From an uncultured Chloroflexia bacterium (GTDB taxonomy: Bacteria > Chloroflexota > Limnocylindria > Limnocylindrales > CSP1-4): a stretch of 64,000 nt of DNA. The stretch covers positions 288,001 through 352,000 of the forward strand of contig CAVYIM010000004.1 of assembly GCA_963768655.1 (NCBI GenBank), in the 5' to 3' direction. Made by a program: the position numbers and the translations under genes. Shown here one piece after another: positions 10,104-20,871 of the stretch (its first letter is position 1; the number at the start of each line of letters is the position of its first letter). Below the pieces are notes generated by a model, which saw only the letters and a list, made by a program, of their open reading frames with translations, searched no databases and was not told the origin of the DNA.

Positions 10104-10841
10104 ATGGAGATCGACGTCGCGCTCGTGCCGATGGTGGCTCGCGCCTGGAAAGCCACCGTCTGTATCGTCATCGACGAACTGCGCGCGAGCTCCACCATCA
10201 CTACGATCCTGGACGGGGGCTGTTCTCGGCTGTACGTCACAGCCGGCCTGGATGCGGCACGGCGCCTCGCCCGGCAGCACGATGGTCTGCTCGTCGGCGA
10301 ACGGGGCGGCTCGGCGCCGGCGGGTTTCGACTTCGATAACTCGCCAGCCGCCCTGTCGCGCGCCGACCTGAAAGGCAGGGTCGTGATCCTTTCCACATCC
10401 AACGGAACCAGAGTGCTGGGCTGGGTAAGGGACGCGCCCGCGACCCTGGTCGGCTGCCTGCTGAACGCCCGCGCCTGTGCCGAGGCGGCGCTGGAACTGG
10501 CCGGCTCCTTGAATGCTCGAATTGGCATCGTGTGTGCGGGCACGCTGGGTGTCTTCGCGCTGGACGACGGGATCACGGCAGGCGTCATCGTGGAGCGCCT
10601 CGTGGAGACGATCGCGTCGCGGGGCGGCGTCTACGAACTGACGGAGGCCGCGGTGGCGGCCGTGCAGCTGCGAGCCAGCTATGGCGATCTGTTGACTCCA
10701 CTCCAGAGCTCGGTATCAGGCAGGCTGCTGGCCAGACTGGGCACCCACGACGACGTTCCCTTCTGCGCCCGGCCGGACGTCAGCACGACCGTCCCGATCC
10801 TGCGCCCGGTTTCGCCGCTCGTCGTCGAGCCCTTCGTGTAG
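10104..10841 (+). CDS. comB: 2-phosphosulfolactate phosphatase (ComB) family protein
   Basis: VIDELRASSTI, GERGG...GFDFDNSP, STSNGT, LLNARA, CAG..FALDD. Confidence 0.82.
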   Translation: MEIDVALVPMVARAWKATVCIVIDELRASSTITTILDGGCSRLYVTAGLDAARRLARQHDGLLVGERGGSAPAGFDFDNSPAALSRADLKGRVVILSTSNGTRVLGWVRDAPATLVGCLLNARACAEAALELAGSLNARIGIVCAGTLGVFALDDGITAGVIVERLVETIASRGGVYELTEAAVAAVQLRASYGDLLTPLQSSVSGRLLARLGTHDDVPFCARPDVSTTVPILRPVSPLVVEPFV

Positions 10842-10888
10842 CTGCCGCGTCTCCTGAGATCCGGTCTCGGGAGCTGGACACGGCAGCT
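10840..10888. terminator. GC-rich stem-loop between convergent genes (possible bidirectional terminator)
   Basis: agctgccg...ctcctgaga-tccgg-tctcgggag...cggcagct inverted repeat right after the comB stop; no U-tract. Confidence 0.5.
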
Positions 10889-10895
10889 CCGGCGT

Positions 10896-11177
10896 CTATC
10901 GCCGCCCCGCGTGGACCGTTATGTCGACGCGTTCTTGATCAGAGTCTGGGCGGTCCTCGCCGGCCACCACCTGGACCGCGAAAGGCGGAAGGTATGGGTT
11001 GCGAAACTTGCGAACCCCTTCCTCGAGCCTCTTCACGCTACTGGCGGCTTCCACCACGGCCGCGACGTGCGATACGATCTGGTCCTGGATTGGCGGCATG
11101 ATGTCATCGCCGACTGAAAGCCTGACGGTCTTGTAGCCCTCCCACGGCCACGGCCACTCGCGCGTCCGGGTTCCCAT
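10896..11177 (-). CDS. Small hypothetical protein (93 aa)
   Basis: RBS gaggag 8 nt before ATG; natural-looking composition; ends just before the hairpin. Confidence 0.4.
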   Translation of the reverse strand: MGTRTREWPWPWEGYKTVRLSVGDDIMPPIQDQIVSHVAAVVEAASSVKRLEEGVRKFRNPYLPPFAVQVVAGEDRPDSDQERVDITVHAGRR

Positions 11178-11434
11178 TGCGGCATCTCCTCATGATCGAA
11201 CGCACGCGAGTCTACGACCGGGCGGCTTTCCTCCGTGGACTGTCTCAGCCCACGAGCGCTGGCCGACCGGTCGACCAGCTCGGGAACCTGGTCTGGGACG
11301 AGTTCACGATGGGCCAAGGGCCCAAGCAGGCCAGTCGAGCGGCCGCGTCGGGGGCGGGCCTCGCGTACTGGGTTCGCCGTGCGTCGGGTGCGCTGCAGGA
11401 CCATGCCGGTGGCCTTCGGATCGAGCACCGACTA

Positions 11435-12328
11435 TCAGAGCGCCCGCGGTTCGATCGCGTGGACTCGTGGGACGACGTCGCGACCGAGGGCTTCGATGTT
11501 GCGAATGTCCCAAGTGTCGACGACGGTGACGATGACGTGCTGGACGCCGACAAGGGCCATCCGGCCGAAGCGGTCGACGATCTCGTCGGCTGCCTCACGA
11601 CCGAGGTCAACCGATTGCAGGGTCGTCCGCTCGATCTCAGAGAAAGCCCGACCGATCTCGTCACAGTGCTCGCGCAGGACCGCGAACTTGTGGGTCAGCT
11701 GGTCGGGGTCGCCGTACGGGTTGCAGGCGTCTGCGTACCTGGCCACCAGGCGCAGGGTCTTCCGCTCGCCGCTGCCGCCGATGATGACTCTCGGGTGTGG
11801 TTTGCTGAGTGACTGCGGCGAATTGAGCAATCGCGTCGCCTGATAGTGCTTGCCATCGAAAGCCGCCTGGGATCCGTGCTCGCCCTGCCACATCTCGAGG
11901 CAGATCTGGAGCGTCTCCTCGACCATCTCGAACCGTGTTTCCAGCGATGGCATCGGGAAACCCAGGCCGCGGCTTTCCTCCTCGTTCCAGCCGGCGCCGA
12001 TGCCGAAGTAGGCGCGCCCGCCGGTAAGGATATCCAATGTCGTTGCCGCCTTTGCCCACAGCGCCGCCTGGCGGGTGTGAACCGCGCCGACGAGCATGCC
12101 CAGCGTCGCTCTCGTCGACCGGGCCGCCATGTAGCCGAGCGCGGTGCAGGCCTCGAGCACCGGCTCCTCGGGCCGGCCGATATTGGGGACCTGGTAGAAG
12201 TGGTCGTTCAGCCAGATGGAGTCCAGGCCCGCCGCGTCGGCCGCCTCTGCGATACGGGTCAGGGTCGGGCCAATGGCGGCGTCGCCGCCAGGCCAGGTGA
12301 ACGACGGGATTTGAAGACCGATCTTCAC
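11435..12328 (-). CDS. LLM-class (probably F420-dependent) oxidoreductase
   Basis: DSIWLNDHFYQ, TLDILTGGR, GIGAGW, IGGSGERKTLRLVARYAD. Confidence 0.9.
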   Translation of the reverse strand: MKIGLQIPSFTWPGGDAAIGPTLTRIAEAADAAGLDSIWLNDHFYQVPNIGRPEEPVLEACTALGYMAARSTRATLGMLVGAVHTRQAALWAKAATTLDILTGGRAYFGIGAGWNEEESRGLGFPMPSLETRFEMVEETLQICLEMWQGEHGSQAAFDGKHYQATRLLNSPQSLSKPHPRVIIGGSGERKTLRLVARYADACNPYGDPDQLTHKFAVLREHCDEIGRAFSEIERTTLQSVDLGREAADEIVDRFGRMALVGVQHVIVTVVDTWDIRNIEALGRDVVPRVHAIEPRAL

Positions 12329-12344
12329 GCCGACACTCCCGCGG

Positions 12345-12554
12345 CTAGAAGTCGGTGATCCTGGTCGCCCGGTCGAGGTACTTCGCGCGGAACTGCGCGT
12401 TGAGGCGCAGGACCTCGGCCTCGGGCCCGACGAAGGAACAGCGCAGGCAGTAGTACTCGCCCCGGGCCGTGTCGAAGAGCATGTCCATGTCGATCTCCCG
12501 CATCAGGCAACGCGGGCAGCGGTAGTTCAGCTTGCCTTTTCGACCTTGAGCCAT
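12345..12554 (-). CDS. Small Zn-ribbon protein (69 aa)
   Basis: MAQGRKGKLNYRCPRC...YYCLRC, two CxxC pairs; start overlaps the 3' end of the upstream 610-aa gene. Confidence 0.75.
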   Translation of the reverse strand: MAQGRKGKLNYRCPRCLMREIDMDMLFDTARGEYYCLRCSFVGPEAEVLRLNAQFRAKYLDRATRITDF

Positions 12555-14359
12555 GTGCGCAGTTCTCCAGTCCCGCGGACGGTCTTGGTGATGCCCAGGG
12601 TGAACATCGGCGAGAACGCCATGCCCTCGCGCAGGTAGCCTGCCGCATCGGGCGAGTCCGAGCGCATCGAGAGCCGGGTATCCAGCTGGGGCACCAGGGC
12701 CTCGGCGGAGATCACACCTGCGACGGTCGCCTCGCGGCACCGATAGGCATAGTCGATCGATGCGGAGCCGGACTGCCCCTGCAGGCCGAGGCGCACGCCG
12801 GTGAGATCCTCGGGATACTCGGTCGTGCCGTAGCAGGCGGTGACGTACTCGTCGAGCTCGACCTCGGCATCAGGGTCGCTCGAACGCACGATCCGGCGCA
12901 CGATCTCGATCTCGCCGCTGCCCTCGACCAGGCGGAAGATCGAGACCACGCCGATGCTGAAGCGCTCGAACTCGATGTCCACCGGATCGAGAGTCAGGAC
13001 GCGGGTGTCGCCCGCCTCGGAGAAGGAGGCGTGGGTGCGGCAGGCGCACAGGTCGACCTCCTCGCCGCCATGGCGGAAGCGGGCGCTCTTGATGGCGCCC
13101 TCGCCGGCGTAGTGGGTGAAGTAGCCGGCCCGGTAGAGCGACTGGACCAGGAAGGGGTAGGAAGCGTCCGCGATGTGGGCCGTACCCACGCCGCAGGGCC
13201 GCACGAGCTTGGCCGCGTAGGGCCGCAGGTCGATCAACGCGCCGCCCTGGTTCATGTCCAGGCAGAACCGCATCGCCGGATCGGCGAACCAGAACTGCTG
13301 GCGCTCCGAGCCATACAGGATGTCGCGCCAGAGCGTGCATTCGGGCCGGCTGTACGGACGACCCGCCCGGTAGGCGTCGGCGAACTCGCTCAGCGTGAGA
13401 TCGAGCGCCTGGCCTTCGGCCTTGAGCCGGCCGTAGTAGGCCATGCCGTCTTGGTAGCTCTTGCGCAGGAAGTCGTAGTCGGCCTCCCAGCGGCCGCCCT
13501 TGCTCATCCAGCCCGGGCCCACGAACATCATGTTGTAGGCGTAGCCGCGGTTGTAGGCCGCCATGGCCCGGTACTGATCCACTAGGTTGGCGAAGTAGGG
13601 GATCTCGCGGTCCTCGTAGACCATGCCCCGCAGGATGTTCTGGGGGTGGGTGCCGTAGTAGGAACCCGGGCCGTCGAACACGGCCATGAGGTCGCGCGAG
13701 AGGTGCGGGACGGCGACGATGCCGATGTCGTCGGACTCGTCCGAGGCGGGGCAGTGGATGTTGCGCCGCGAGGGTATCCAGGGGTTCCAGGGGCCGCCGT
13801 CTAGAAGGGTGTACCAGGAGTTGTTGGCGTTGTGGTAGGCCTTGGGCCCCTCTTCCCAGCACGTGGCCACCGCGGCCTTGACCGCCGGATAGCGCTCTTT
13901 GATGTAGTTGACCAGCTCCGCGTCCATGTAGTAGGAGCCGGTCGAGGTCGGGGCGAAGCCGAAGACCGCCTCGAACCTGCCGAAGACCTCGTCGACGATG
14001 GCGCGCTTGTCCGCCATCGAGAAGAGCCAGATGGCGAGCTCTCTTGAGTGGAACTTCTCGCGGAACTGGGCGCACTGCAGGCCCAGGAACGTCAGGCCGA
14101 TCTCGTCGCCGTACTGCTCGTGGTCCGCCCTGGCCATGGCCACGGCCGCCTCGTTGAAGAGGCTCGCGTAGGTCATCTGGATCGTCGTTCGGATGCCGTT
14201 TTGGTGGGCGATGCGCTGCTGCGTGCGGAAGATGTCCAGCGACTCGCGGATGACGGCGCTGCGCGCGAGATCCTCGGCCTTGCCCTCCTGCGCCTCGCGC
14301 TGGAGGTACTCGGGCACCATCTCGGGCCGGTGGATCACGGTCAGGTAGAAGGTCGTCAT
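12527..14359 (-). CDS. Uncharacterised 610-aa protein, probable glycoside hydrolase/deacetylase-type barrel plus C-terminal beta domain
   Basis: Strong GC3 bias from ATG 14359; motifs GDEIGL, FGFAPTSTGSYYMD, CWEE, PWIPS; located in the galactan locus; fold call is inference. Confidence 0.7.
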   Translation of the reverse strand: MTTFYLTVIHRPEMVPEYLQREAQEGKAEDLARSAVIRESLDIFRTQQRIAHQNGIRTTIQMTYASLFNEAAVAMARADHEQYGDEIGLTFLGLQCAQFREKFHSRELAIWLFSMADKRAIVDEVFGRFEAVFGFAPTSTGSYYMDAELVNYIKERYPAVKAAVATCWEEGPKAYHNANNSWYTLLDGGPWNPWIPSRRNIHCPASDESDDIGIVAVPHLSRDLMAVFDGPGSYYGTHPQNILRGMVYEDREIPYFANLVDQYRAMAAYNRGYAYNMMFVGPGWMSKGGRWEADYDFLRKSYQDGMAYYGRLKAEGQALDLTLSEFADAYRAGRPYSRPECTLWRDILYGSERQQFWFADPAMRFCLDMNQGGALIDLRPYAAKLVRPCGVGTAHIADASYPFLVQSLYRAGYFTHYAGEGAIKSARFRHGGEEVDLCACRTHASFSEAGDTRVLTLDPVDIEFERFSIGVVSIFRLVEGSGEIEIVRRIVRSSDPDAEVELDEYVTACYGTTEYPEDLTGVRLGLQGQSGSASIDYAYRCREATVAGVISAEALVPQLDTRLSMRSDSPDAAGYLREGMAFSPMFTLGITKTVRGTGELRTWLKVEKAS

Positions 14360-14405
14360 CGAAGTCCTGTGTGCGTGAGTCGGTGATGCGAAGAAACCGG
14401 GAGTG

Positions 14406-17400
14406 TCAGGGAAGAGTGGTCGCCGATGGCTGACCGGGGGAGCTGAACTGGACCGTGTACGTGCGTGTCGCGGACCCATCCTCGGAGGTGACGATGATAC
14501 TGGCAGAGCCTGGCACGGCAGTGGGCGGGATCACGATGACGCTGCCGTTCGCGGCCGGAACCGCGCTGATCTGTGGGATGTCTGGGCCGGCCGTGGTCCC
14601 GTAGTCGAGCGTGGCCTGATCGAAGCCGGCGATGGGGGAGCCGTCAACCTCCAGGCTCGTCAACGCCGCCACCGAGTGGTAGGTCACGGGGCTGCCCACG
14701 ACCTCCAGCTCGGCGATCTGGAAGAAGCCCCGGTCGGTTCCTGGCGCCGGGCTCGTCATGTCGAGTCAAATCGCGCTCGCCGACTCCGGGTCGAACGAGA
14801 TGGTCGTCGGCTTGCCTGCGGATCCGTAGACGACCCTGGCGTGCGTGGCCGGAATCCAGCTGGTTCCGTCCCAGGAGCTGACATCGATCTGCGAAGGCAG
14901 GACATGCGACTGGTCGGTCACGAAGTACGCCAGCACGCTGTCGAACGTCTGCGGATTCGGCCAGGAGACCGAGACCCAGTCGCTCGCGTCCGCGTTGCTT
15001 ACGGCAGGCAGCTCGGCCGTCGCGTCCTTGATGTAGTAGTTCGACCAACCGCCTCCGGCCACATTGCCGTCGAGCATTCCGGCCGGCAGGGTGTCCGGCG
15101 CGCCCGAGAAGCTCGCATCCGCGAACGGCGCCAGGGGTCCGCTCGCAAGTGCGAGGTTCTGCCTGGGGCCGGATGGATCGGCGACCCTGACACTCGCCAC
15201 GGCCTGCAGCGTCGTGCCGGGGACCGCACCGGTGACTGTGATCAGCCCGATCTTCGAGTAGCTCGCTGGATCGACGACGGCCCACGTGACCGGCACGCGG
15301 GCGTCAACGCCGTCGCTGTAGACGGCGCGAACGGTCTCGGGCAGGCGCGGCACCACGCCTGTGGCAACGACCGTCGAGTATGTCTCGAGGCCCGCGACCG
15401 AGTAGACCGTCACGTCCACCTCCGCCGAAAGGGTCGTCCCGGCCACGGAGCCGCTGACGCGGTAGATGCCGGGCACCGTGCCCGCCTGCGCGGGCAGATC
15501 GCTCCACTTGACCGCCACCTCCGCTTGAGTGCCGTCGGCGTGGACGGCCTCGACCGTCGCCGGTAGCGCGACGGGCGCACCCAGCGGGCTGCGCACTTGT
15601 TCGGGCGCCAGGGCCACCAGCCCGCTGCCGGTGGCGTCCGAGGCGAAGACCGTTGTCGTCGCCGGTAGCAATCCATCGGACCGGGCCGTGATCGTGATCG
15701 GCCCGGGGGCAGTCGTAGAGCCCACGATCGCCACCAGCTTGCCGTTGTAGGCCTTGTGAGAGGGAGCCTTGTAGCCCTCGGCGTCATCCTGGCGGCCGTT
15801 GTCGGCGCCGTCGAAGATTCCACCGCCGACGGCCAGGCTGACCAGGTTGTCGGCGGACGGCACGACCACGCCCGCCGAGTCCACGACGTCGACCTCGACG
15901 TAGGAGAGGGATTTGCCGTCGTCGGGGAGGACGACCCGATCCGGCGTGAGCCGGAGCGCCGCCGGCGCGCCCGCCGTCGAGATTTCGTCCTGTGCCACCA
16001 CCACCCCGTTCTTGCGGGCGATGGCAACGAGCACTCCGGGCGAGTACGGCACGTCCCACGTCAGATGCAGCTTGCCGGAGCTGCCGTTCGGGCTCGTGTA
16101 GCTGCCGCCGGGGTAGTTCTTGTCATCCAGGGACGGCTCCGTCGTCTCCAGGTACGGCCGCCCGTCGACGGTCGTCTTCTGGTCGAACGACCTGGTGCCC
16201 AGAGACTTGCCGTTCAGCGTGAGCTCCACGCTGTCCACATTGGTGTAGACCCAGACCTGGACGATCTGGCCGGGCTGGTAGTCGGTCCAGTCCATCGGGA
16301 CCAGATGAACCATGGGCGCGGTGGTCCACTGGCTCTGGAACAAGTAGTACTCGTCCTTCGGAAAGCCCGCGGTGTCGACGGCCCCGAAGAACGACGACTT
16401 GACGGGGAAGACGGCATAAGGGGTCGGCTCGCCGATGTAGTCGAAGCCGGACCAGAGGAACTGCCCAAGGTCGAACGGGCGGTCTCGATCGTCCTTCAGG
16501 GCGTATTCGGCGCTGGTCGTCCAGGACGCCAGGCTGTTGTCGTACGAGGAAGTCGCCATCTTGCCCGGGGTGTAGTTCTCTCCCGTGTTGAGTGCCTGCG
16601 GATACTGGTAGACGCCCCGCGAGGATTCCTCGGACGAGGATTTCGGACTGGAAGAAGAACTTGGTCGGATACTGGGCGTGGAGGGCGTCGAGCCCCTGCG
16701 CCGACTCGTAGTTGACGCCGAGCCCGTCGAGCTCCCCGAGAATCTCGTCGGCACCCGACCCCTTCGCCGGGAGCGAGCGGTACTGGTCCGAGGCGGCGAC
16801 GACCGGACGAGTGGTATCGAGACCGCGGATGTCGTCGATGAGCCGCTGAGCCGTCTGGAGGTTCGATGGGTCGGTGAAGCCGGGGATCTCGTTCCCTATG
16901 GACCACATGATCACCGACGGCGAATTGCGGGCCTCGAGGACCATTTCCTCGATGTCGGAGTCGCTCCAGTTCTTGAAGTAGACGCTGTAGTCGTGGGTGA
17001 GCTTGGGCTGTGACCAGGTGTCGAAGGCCTCATCCGTCACCAGGATCCCCAGCCGGTCGCAGATCGCCAGCATCTCCGGCGAGGGCGGGTTGTGGGACGT
17101 GCGCAGGGCGTTCACGCCCATCTGCTTGAGGAGAGTCATCTGCCGGACCAGGGCGTCCGAATTGTCGACGGACCCCAGCGCGCCCTCGTCGTTGTGGAGA
17201 TCGACTCCCTGGAGCTTCATCGGCACCCCGTTGAGGTAGAACCCGGTGTTCGAGTCGAACCGCAGCCAGCGGATGCCGAAAAGAGTGCTGTACGTGTCGA
17301 CCGTAACGCCGTCGCGGACGAGGTCGGCCTCCAGCGTGTAGAGGTATGGATCCGCGGTGGACCACAGATGAGGTTGGGTAACCCTGACGTCGAGGGCGGT

Positions 17401-18279
17401 CTCACTGGCCTGCGTGCCGAGCTGCACGGAACCCGACGTCGATTGCGCGACGGTCGCCCCCGAAGCGTCGAGGATCCGGGTTGTTACCCTGACGATCGCG
17501 TTCGAGCCGCTGTCGTCGACGACGTCCACGGTGGCGTGCACCGTGGCGTAGCCGAATTCGTACTCGGTTGCCACCGCCGGCGTGGTCACGAAGACTCCGT
17601 CGCGGGCGACGTGGACCGGGTCCGTGACGGTGAGCCAGACGTTGCGCGTGATGCCGCTACCCGAATACCAGCGACTGTTGGGCTCCAGGTTCTGAACCAC
17701 GACGGCGAGAACGTTGGGAGTTACGCCGTCAGTGTGGACGACCTTGCTGATATCCAGGCTGAAGCCCGTATAGCCGTAGGCGTGATTGCCGATGCGCTGG
17801 CCGTTCAGGTACAGCCACGAGTCCATGTAGATCCCGTCGAAGTCCAGGCTGATCGACTTGCCCGTCATCGACGCGGGCAGGGTGAACGTCTTCCGGTACC
17901 AGCCCAGACCGCCAGGGAAGTAGCCCGTCGCGTTGCTGACCCCGGTCGGCTGCGGCAGCAGCTCGATACTCCAGTCGTACGGGAGAGTGACCGACTGCCA
18001 CGACGCGTCGTCGAAGCCGACCGCCGAGGCGAGAGGGTCCGAGGCGTTGCCGAACGTCCCCGTTGGATCGGTCGTGTCCCTGGTATTGACCAGGACGAAC
18101 TTCCAGCCGGCGTCGAAGTCGATGCGGCGCGCGCCGCCGTACGCGACTGCGTTGGAGGGCGTCGCGCTTGCCACCGGCTGGGGGGCCGCCCTCAACGCGA
18201 GTTGAGCGACGACAAGAGCCAGGACGGCACAAGCCGCCAGCACGACGGCAGCGAGCCTCCGGGAACGCACTCGGCGCAT
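14406..18279 (-). CDS. Secreted multidomain GH2 beta-galactosidase (signal peptide, GH2 core, Ig-like repeats, C-terminal discoidin-like domain); frameshift at ~16641 and in-frame TGA at 14766-14768
   Basis: GWYRKTF, SRWYSGSGI.R, RTSHNP, WSIGNEI (acid/base), FFQSE, GQFLWSGFDYIGEPTP, SSFFGAVDTAGFPKD; ORFs 16123..18279, 14766..16754 and 14406..14759 join into one protein. Confidence 0.88.
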
Positions 18280-18285
18280 GTCTGC

Positions 18286-20319
18286 CTAACCCACTCGAAC
18301 AATCGCCACGTCGACCGGGGCGACCCGTAAGGACTGTTGGACCGTCTGCCCCGAGATCAACTCGAGGCCCGGCTCTTCGAGCGGAACGTCAATGGCCTCG
18401 TTCGAGTGGTTGAGGATGAACACCCACGACCGGGGGCCGTCAGAGCGGCGCACGATCTCGGCCGTCGAGGACGACCCCGGCGTTGGAGTCACGCCGGCCG
18501 CTTCGCAGGCCTGGCCGACGACCCAGGCGAGGCCCGCCTCTTCCGGCCAGGTTCCCATGTAGATGGCCGTGCCGCTCCCATAGCGATGGAGCGTCACGGC
18601 CGGCAGACCTTTGTAGAAGTCCGCCTCGAAGGCCGCGATCGCCTCGGCGCCCTCCAGGCGCACGACGTCCGCCCAGTCGCGGCACTCGAGGCTGCGCCCG
18701 TCCGCCGTTCGCATGCTGTTGGTCATGCTGCCCGCGAACGGCGCGGATTCCTCGATCTGCAGGCCGAGAAGGTCTCTGAACGGCGCCGCACCCAGCCGCA
18801 TATGGACGTTCGCGTCGACCAGGCCGCTGAAGAAGGACATCAGCACGATGCCACCGCCGGCCGCGTAGCGGCGAAGGTTGTCGGCGCCGGCATCGTCCAC
18901 GAGATAGAGGTGCGGGGCCACGACCAGCGAATAGCCCGAGAGATCCGCCCCGGGCTCCGCGAAATCGACGGTCACGCCAGAGCGGAACAGGGCCGCGTAC
19001 AGCTCGCGGACGTGGGCCAGGAGACGGATCGAGGCGCTCGGCTTGCCGTCCGTCTCCAGGGCCCACCAGTTCGTCCAATCGAACAGAATCGCGACCTTCG
19101 CTCGGGCGCGACTGCCACGCAATTCCGACAGGCGCTTCAGCTCCGAGCCCAGCGCCACCGCCTCGCGCCACTGGCGGTTGTCGGTCCCGTTGTGAGACAC
19201 GAGACCGATCATGTGCATCTCGGCCCCCGCAGGCGCGGCGCGCCACTGGAAGAACATTACTCCGTTTGCGCCGCGCGCAACCGCCTGGAAGGACCCGAGC
19301 CGCATGACGCCAGGCCGTTTCGTGGAATTCCTGTCGCGCCACGTCGCGTACGCCGCCGCCTGCTCCATGAGCACCCACGGGCGCCCTCCTCCGAGCGAGC
19401 GCGCCAGGTCGCAGACCATCGCTGCCTCGACCATCCATTCCGGATCGCTGGTCTCCGGGTAGGCGTCGTTGGCGACGACATCCTCGTGGGCTGCCAGTGC
19501 CCAGTAGTCGATGGGCATGTAGAAACCCATCAAGTTGGTCGTGACCGGCACGGCCGGCGTGACTTCCTCGAGGATCGCCTTCTGGTCGAGGAAACAGTCG
19601 ATCCAAGAGTCGGACGAGAAGCGGCGCCAGTCGAGCTGATGGCCCGGATTGGCGAACGCCGGGAGGGGGCGCGGAGGTTCGATGTCCTCCCAGTCGGTGT
19701 ATCGCTGGCTCCAGACGGACGTCCCCCAGGCCTCGTTCAGCGCGTCCAGGATGCGGTAGCGACGCTTCAGCCAGGCTCGGAATGCGGCCCTCGACTGATC
19801 GCAAAAGCATTCCGTGACGTGACAGGCGTACTCGTTGTCGACGTGCCAGAGGGCCAGCGCCGGGTGGTCGCGGTAATGCTCTGCAAGTGCCCGCGCCACC
19901 TTCTTCGCGGCCTCGCGGTACGCCGGCGCATGTGGACAGTAATGACGCCGCGATCCGGCCCGCAGCGTCACTCCCTCGGCGGTCACCGGCAGGGTTTCAG
20001 GGTGGAGCCTGCCCAGCCACGGCGGCGGCGCCGCAGTCGGCGTGGCGAGGTTCACCGACACGCCACCGGCGTGCAGGAGATCGAAGGCGCGGTCCAGCCA
20101 CGCGAAGTCGAACCGGCCGGGCTCGGGCTCCAGCTTCGACCAGCCAAAGACACCGAGCGACACGAGGTTGACGCTCGCCTCCTGCATCAAGCGAACGTCT
20201 TCCGCCCAGACCTCCTCCGGCCACTGGTCCGGGTTGTAGTCCCCGCCGTAGAGCAGCCCACCCGGGCCAGGAGCTGCATTCTCACCGCGCGAGGGCGCGG
20301 CGTTCATGTTGGTGGGCAT
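18286..20319 (-). CDS. GH42 beta-galactosidase
   Basis: YGGDYNPDQW, GVFGWSKLEP, WHVDNEY, LMEQ, MFFQWR; no signal peptide. Confidence 0.93.
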   Translation of the reverse strand: MPTNMNAAPSRGENAAPGPGGLLYGGDYNPDQWPEEVWAEDVRLMQEASVNLVSLGVFGWSKLEPEPGRFDFAWLDRAFDLLHAGGVSVNLATPTAAPPPWLGRLHPETLPVTAEGVTLRAGSRRHYCPHAPAYREAAKKVARALAEHYRDHPALALWHVDNEYACHVTECFCDQSRAAFRAWLKRRYRILDALNEAWGTSVWSQRYTDWEDIEPPRPLPAFANPGHQLDWRRFSSDSWIDCFLDQKAILEEVTPAVPVTTNLMGFYMPIDYWALAAHEDVVANDAYPETSDPEWMVEAAMVCDLARSLGGGRPWVLMEQAAAYATWRDRNSTKRPGVMRLGSFQAVARGANGVMFFQWRAAPAGAEMHMIGLVSHNGTDNRQWREAVALGSELKRLSELRGSRARAKVAILFDWTNWWALETDGKPSASIRLLAHVRELYAALFRSGVTVDFAEPGADLSGYSLVVAPHLYLVDDAGADNLRRYAAGGGIVLMSFFSGLVDANVHMRLGAAPFRDLLGLQIEESAPFAGSMTNSMRTADGRSLECRDWADVVRLEGAEAIAAFEADFYKGLPAVTLHRYGSGTAIYMGTWPEEAGLAWVVGQACEAAGVTPTPGSSSTAEIVRRSDGPRSWVFILNHSNEAIDVPLEEPGLELISGQTVQQSLRVAPVDVAIVRVG

Positions 20320-20409
20320 ACGGAGATCTCCAGTTGAATGCCTGTTTCGGTCGCGGTTGCGGCTCCGCGGGTTGCGGCTCGGCGGTCCGTCGGTGTCTCG
20401 GCGCCCGGC

Positions 20410-20826
20410 TCACGCTTCTGTGTCGTTTTCGGCCGACGCCCTGTCTCGATCGGAGATGCCAACGGCCCGCAGGGCGGCCAGGAAGTCCTGGTATCGCAGG
20501 GGATGGAAGGCGCACAGGTCGGCTCCGAGAGCATGAGCGCGAATCTCGTCGCCGGCGAACGAGCAGACGATGACGGGCATGTCCACGCCCCGCTCCCGAG
20601 GCCTCACGGCCTCCAGCCGCTCTATCGACGGCAGCCAGAGCGCGGCAGACCCTGCCGGAGGAGCAGGCGGGGTCTGCCACGGCCCGTGGACTTCACAGAA
20701 GAGGAAACCACTCTGCCCGGCGTACCGTTCCAGCAGGTAGCTGAGGGCCCTGTCGCCGTCCACAACGAAAATAGTCGTCGGTGCCGTGGCACGATCCTGG
20801 TCACATTTCGCTGCGGACGCCTTCAT
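20410..20826 (-). CDS. Small degenerate receiver-like protein
   Basis: IFVVDGD...LSYLLERY, PVIVCS, AHALGAD pattern of a REC fold; RBS gaggga; sits inside the operon. Confidence 0.55.
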   Translation of the reverse strand: MKASAAKCDQDRATAPTTIFVVDGDRALSYLLERYAGQSGFLFCEVHGPWQTPPAPPAGSAALWLPSIERLEAVRPRERGVDMPVIVCSFAGDEIRAHALGADLCAFHPLRYQDFLAALRAVGISDRDRASAENDTEA

Positions 20827-20871
20827 CGTGGTCCCTCGTCCTCGCTGGGTCGCCTGACGAGCGACCGGCAG

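Noticed and set aside
10104-10841. Coenzyme M biosynthesis locus
   Set aside because: Only a ComB-like gene; no ComA, ComC or ComDE in the window
14766-14768. Programmed readthrough or selenocysteine at the in-frame TGA of GH2
   Set aside because: Context AI*LDM fits CGA (Arg) changed to TGA; no reason for Sec in this domain; more likely error or mutation
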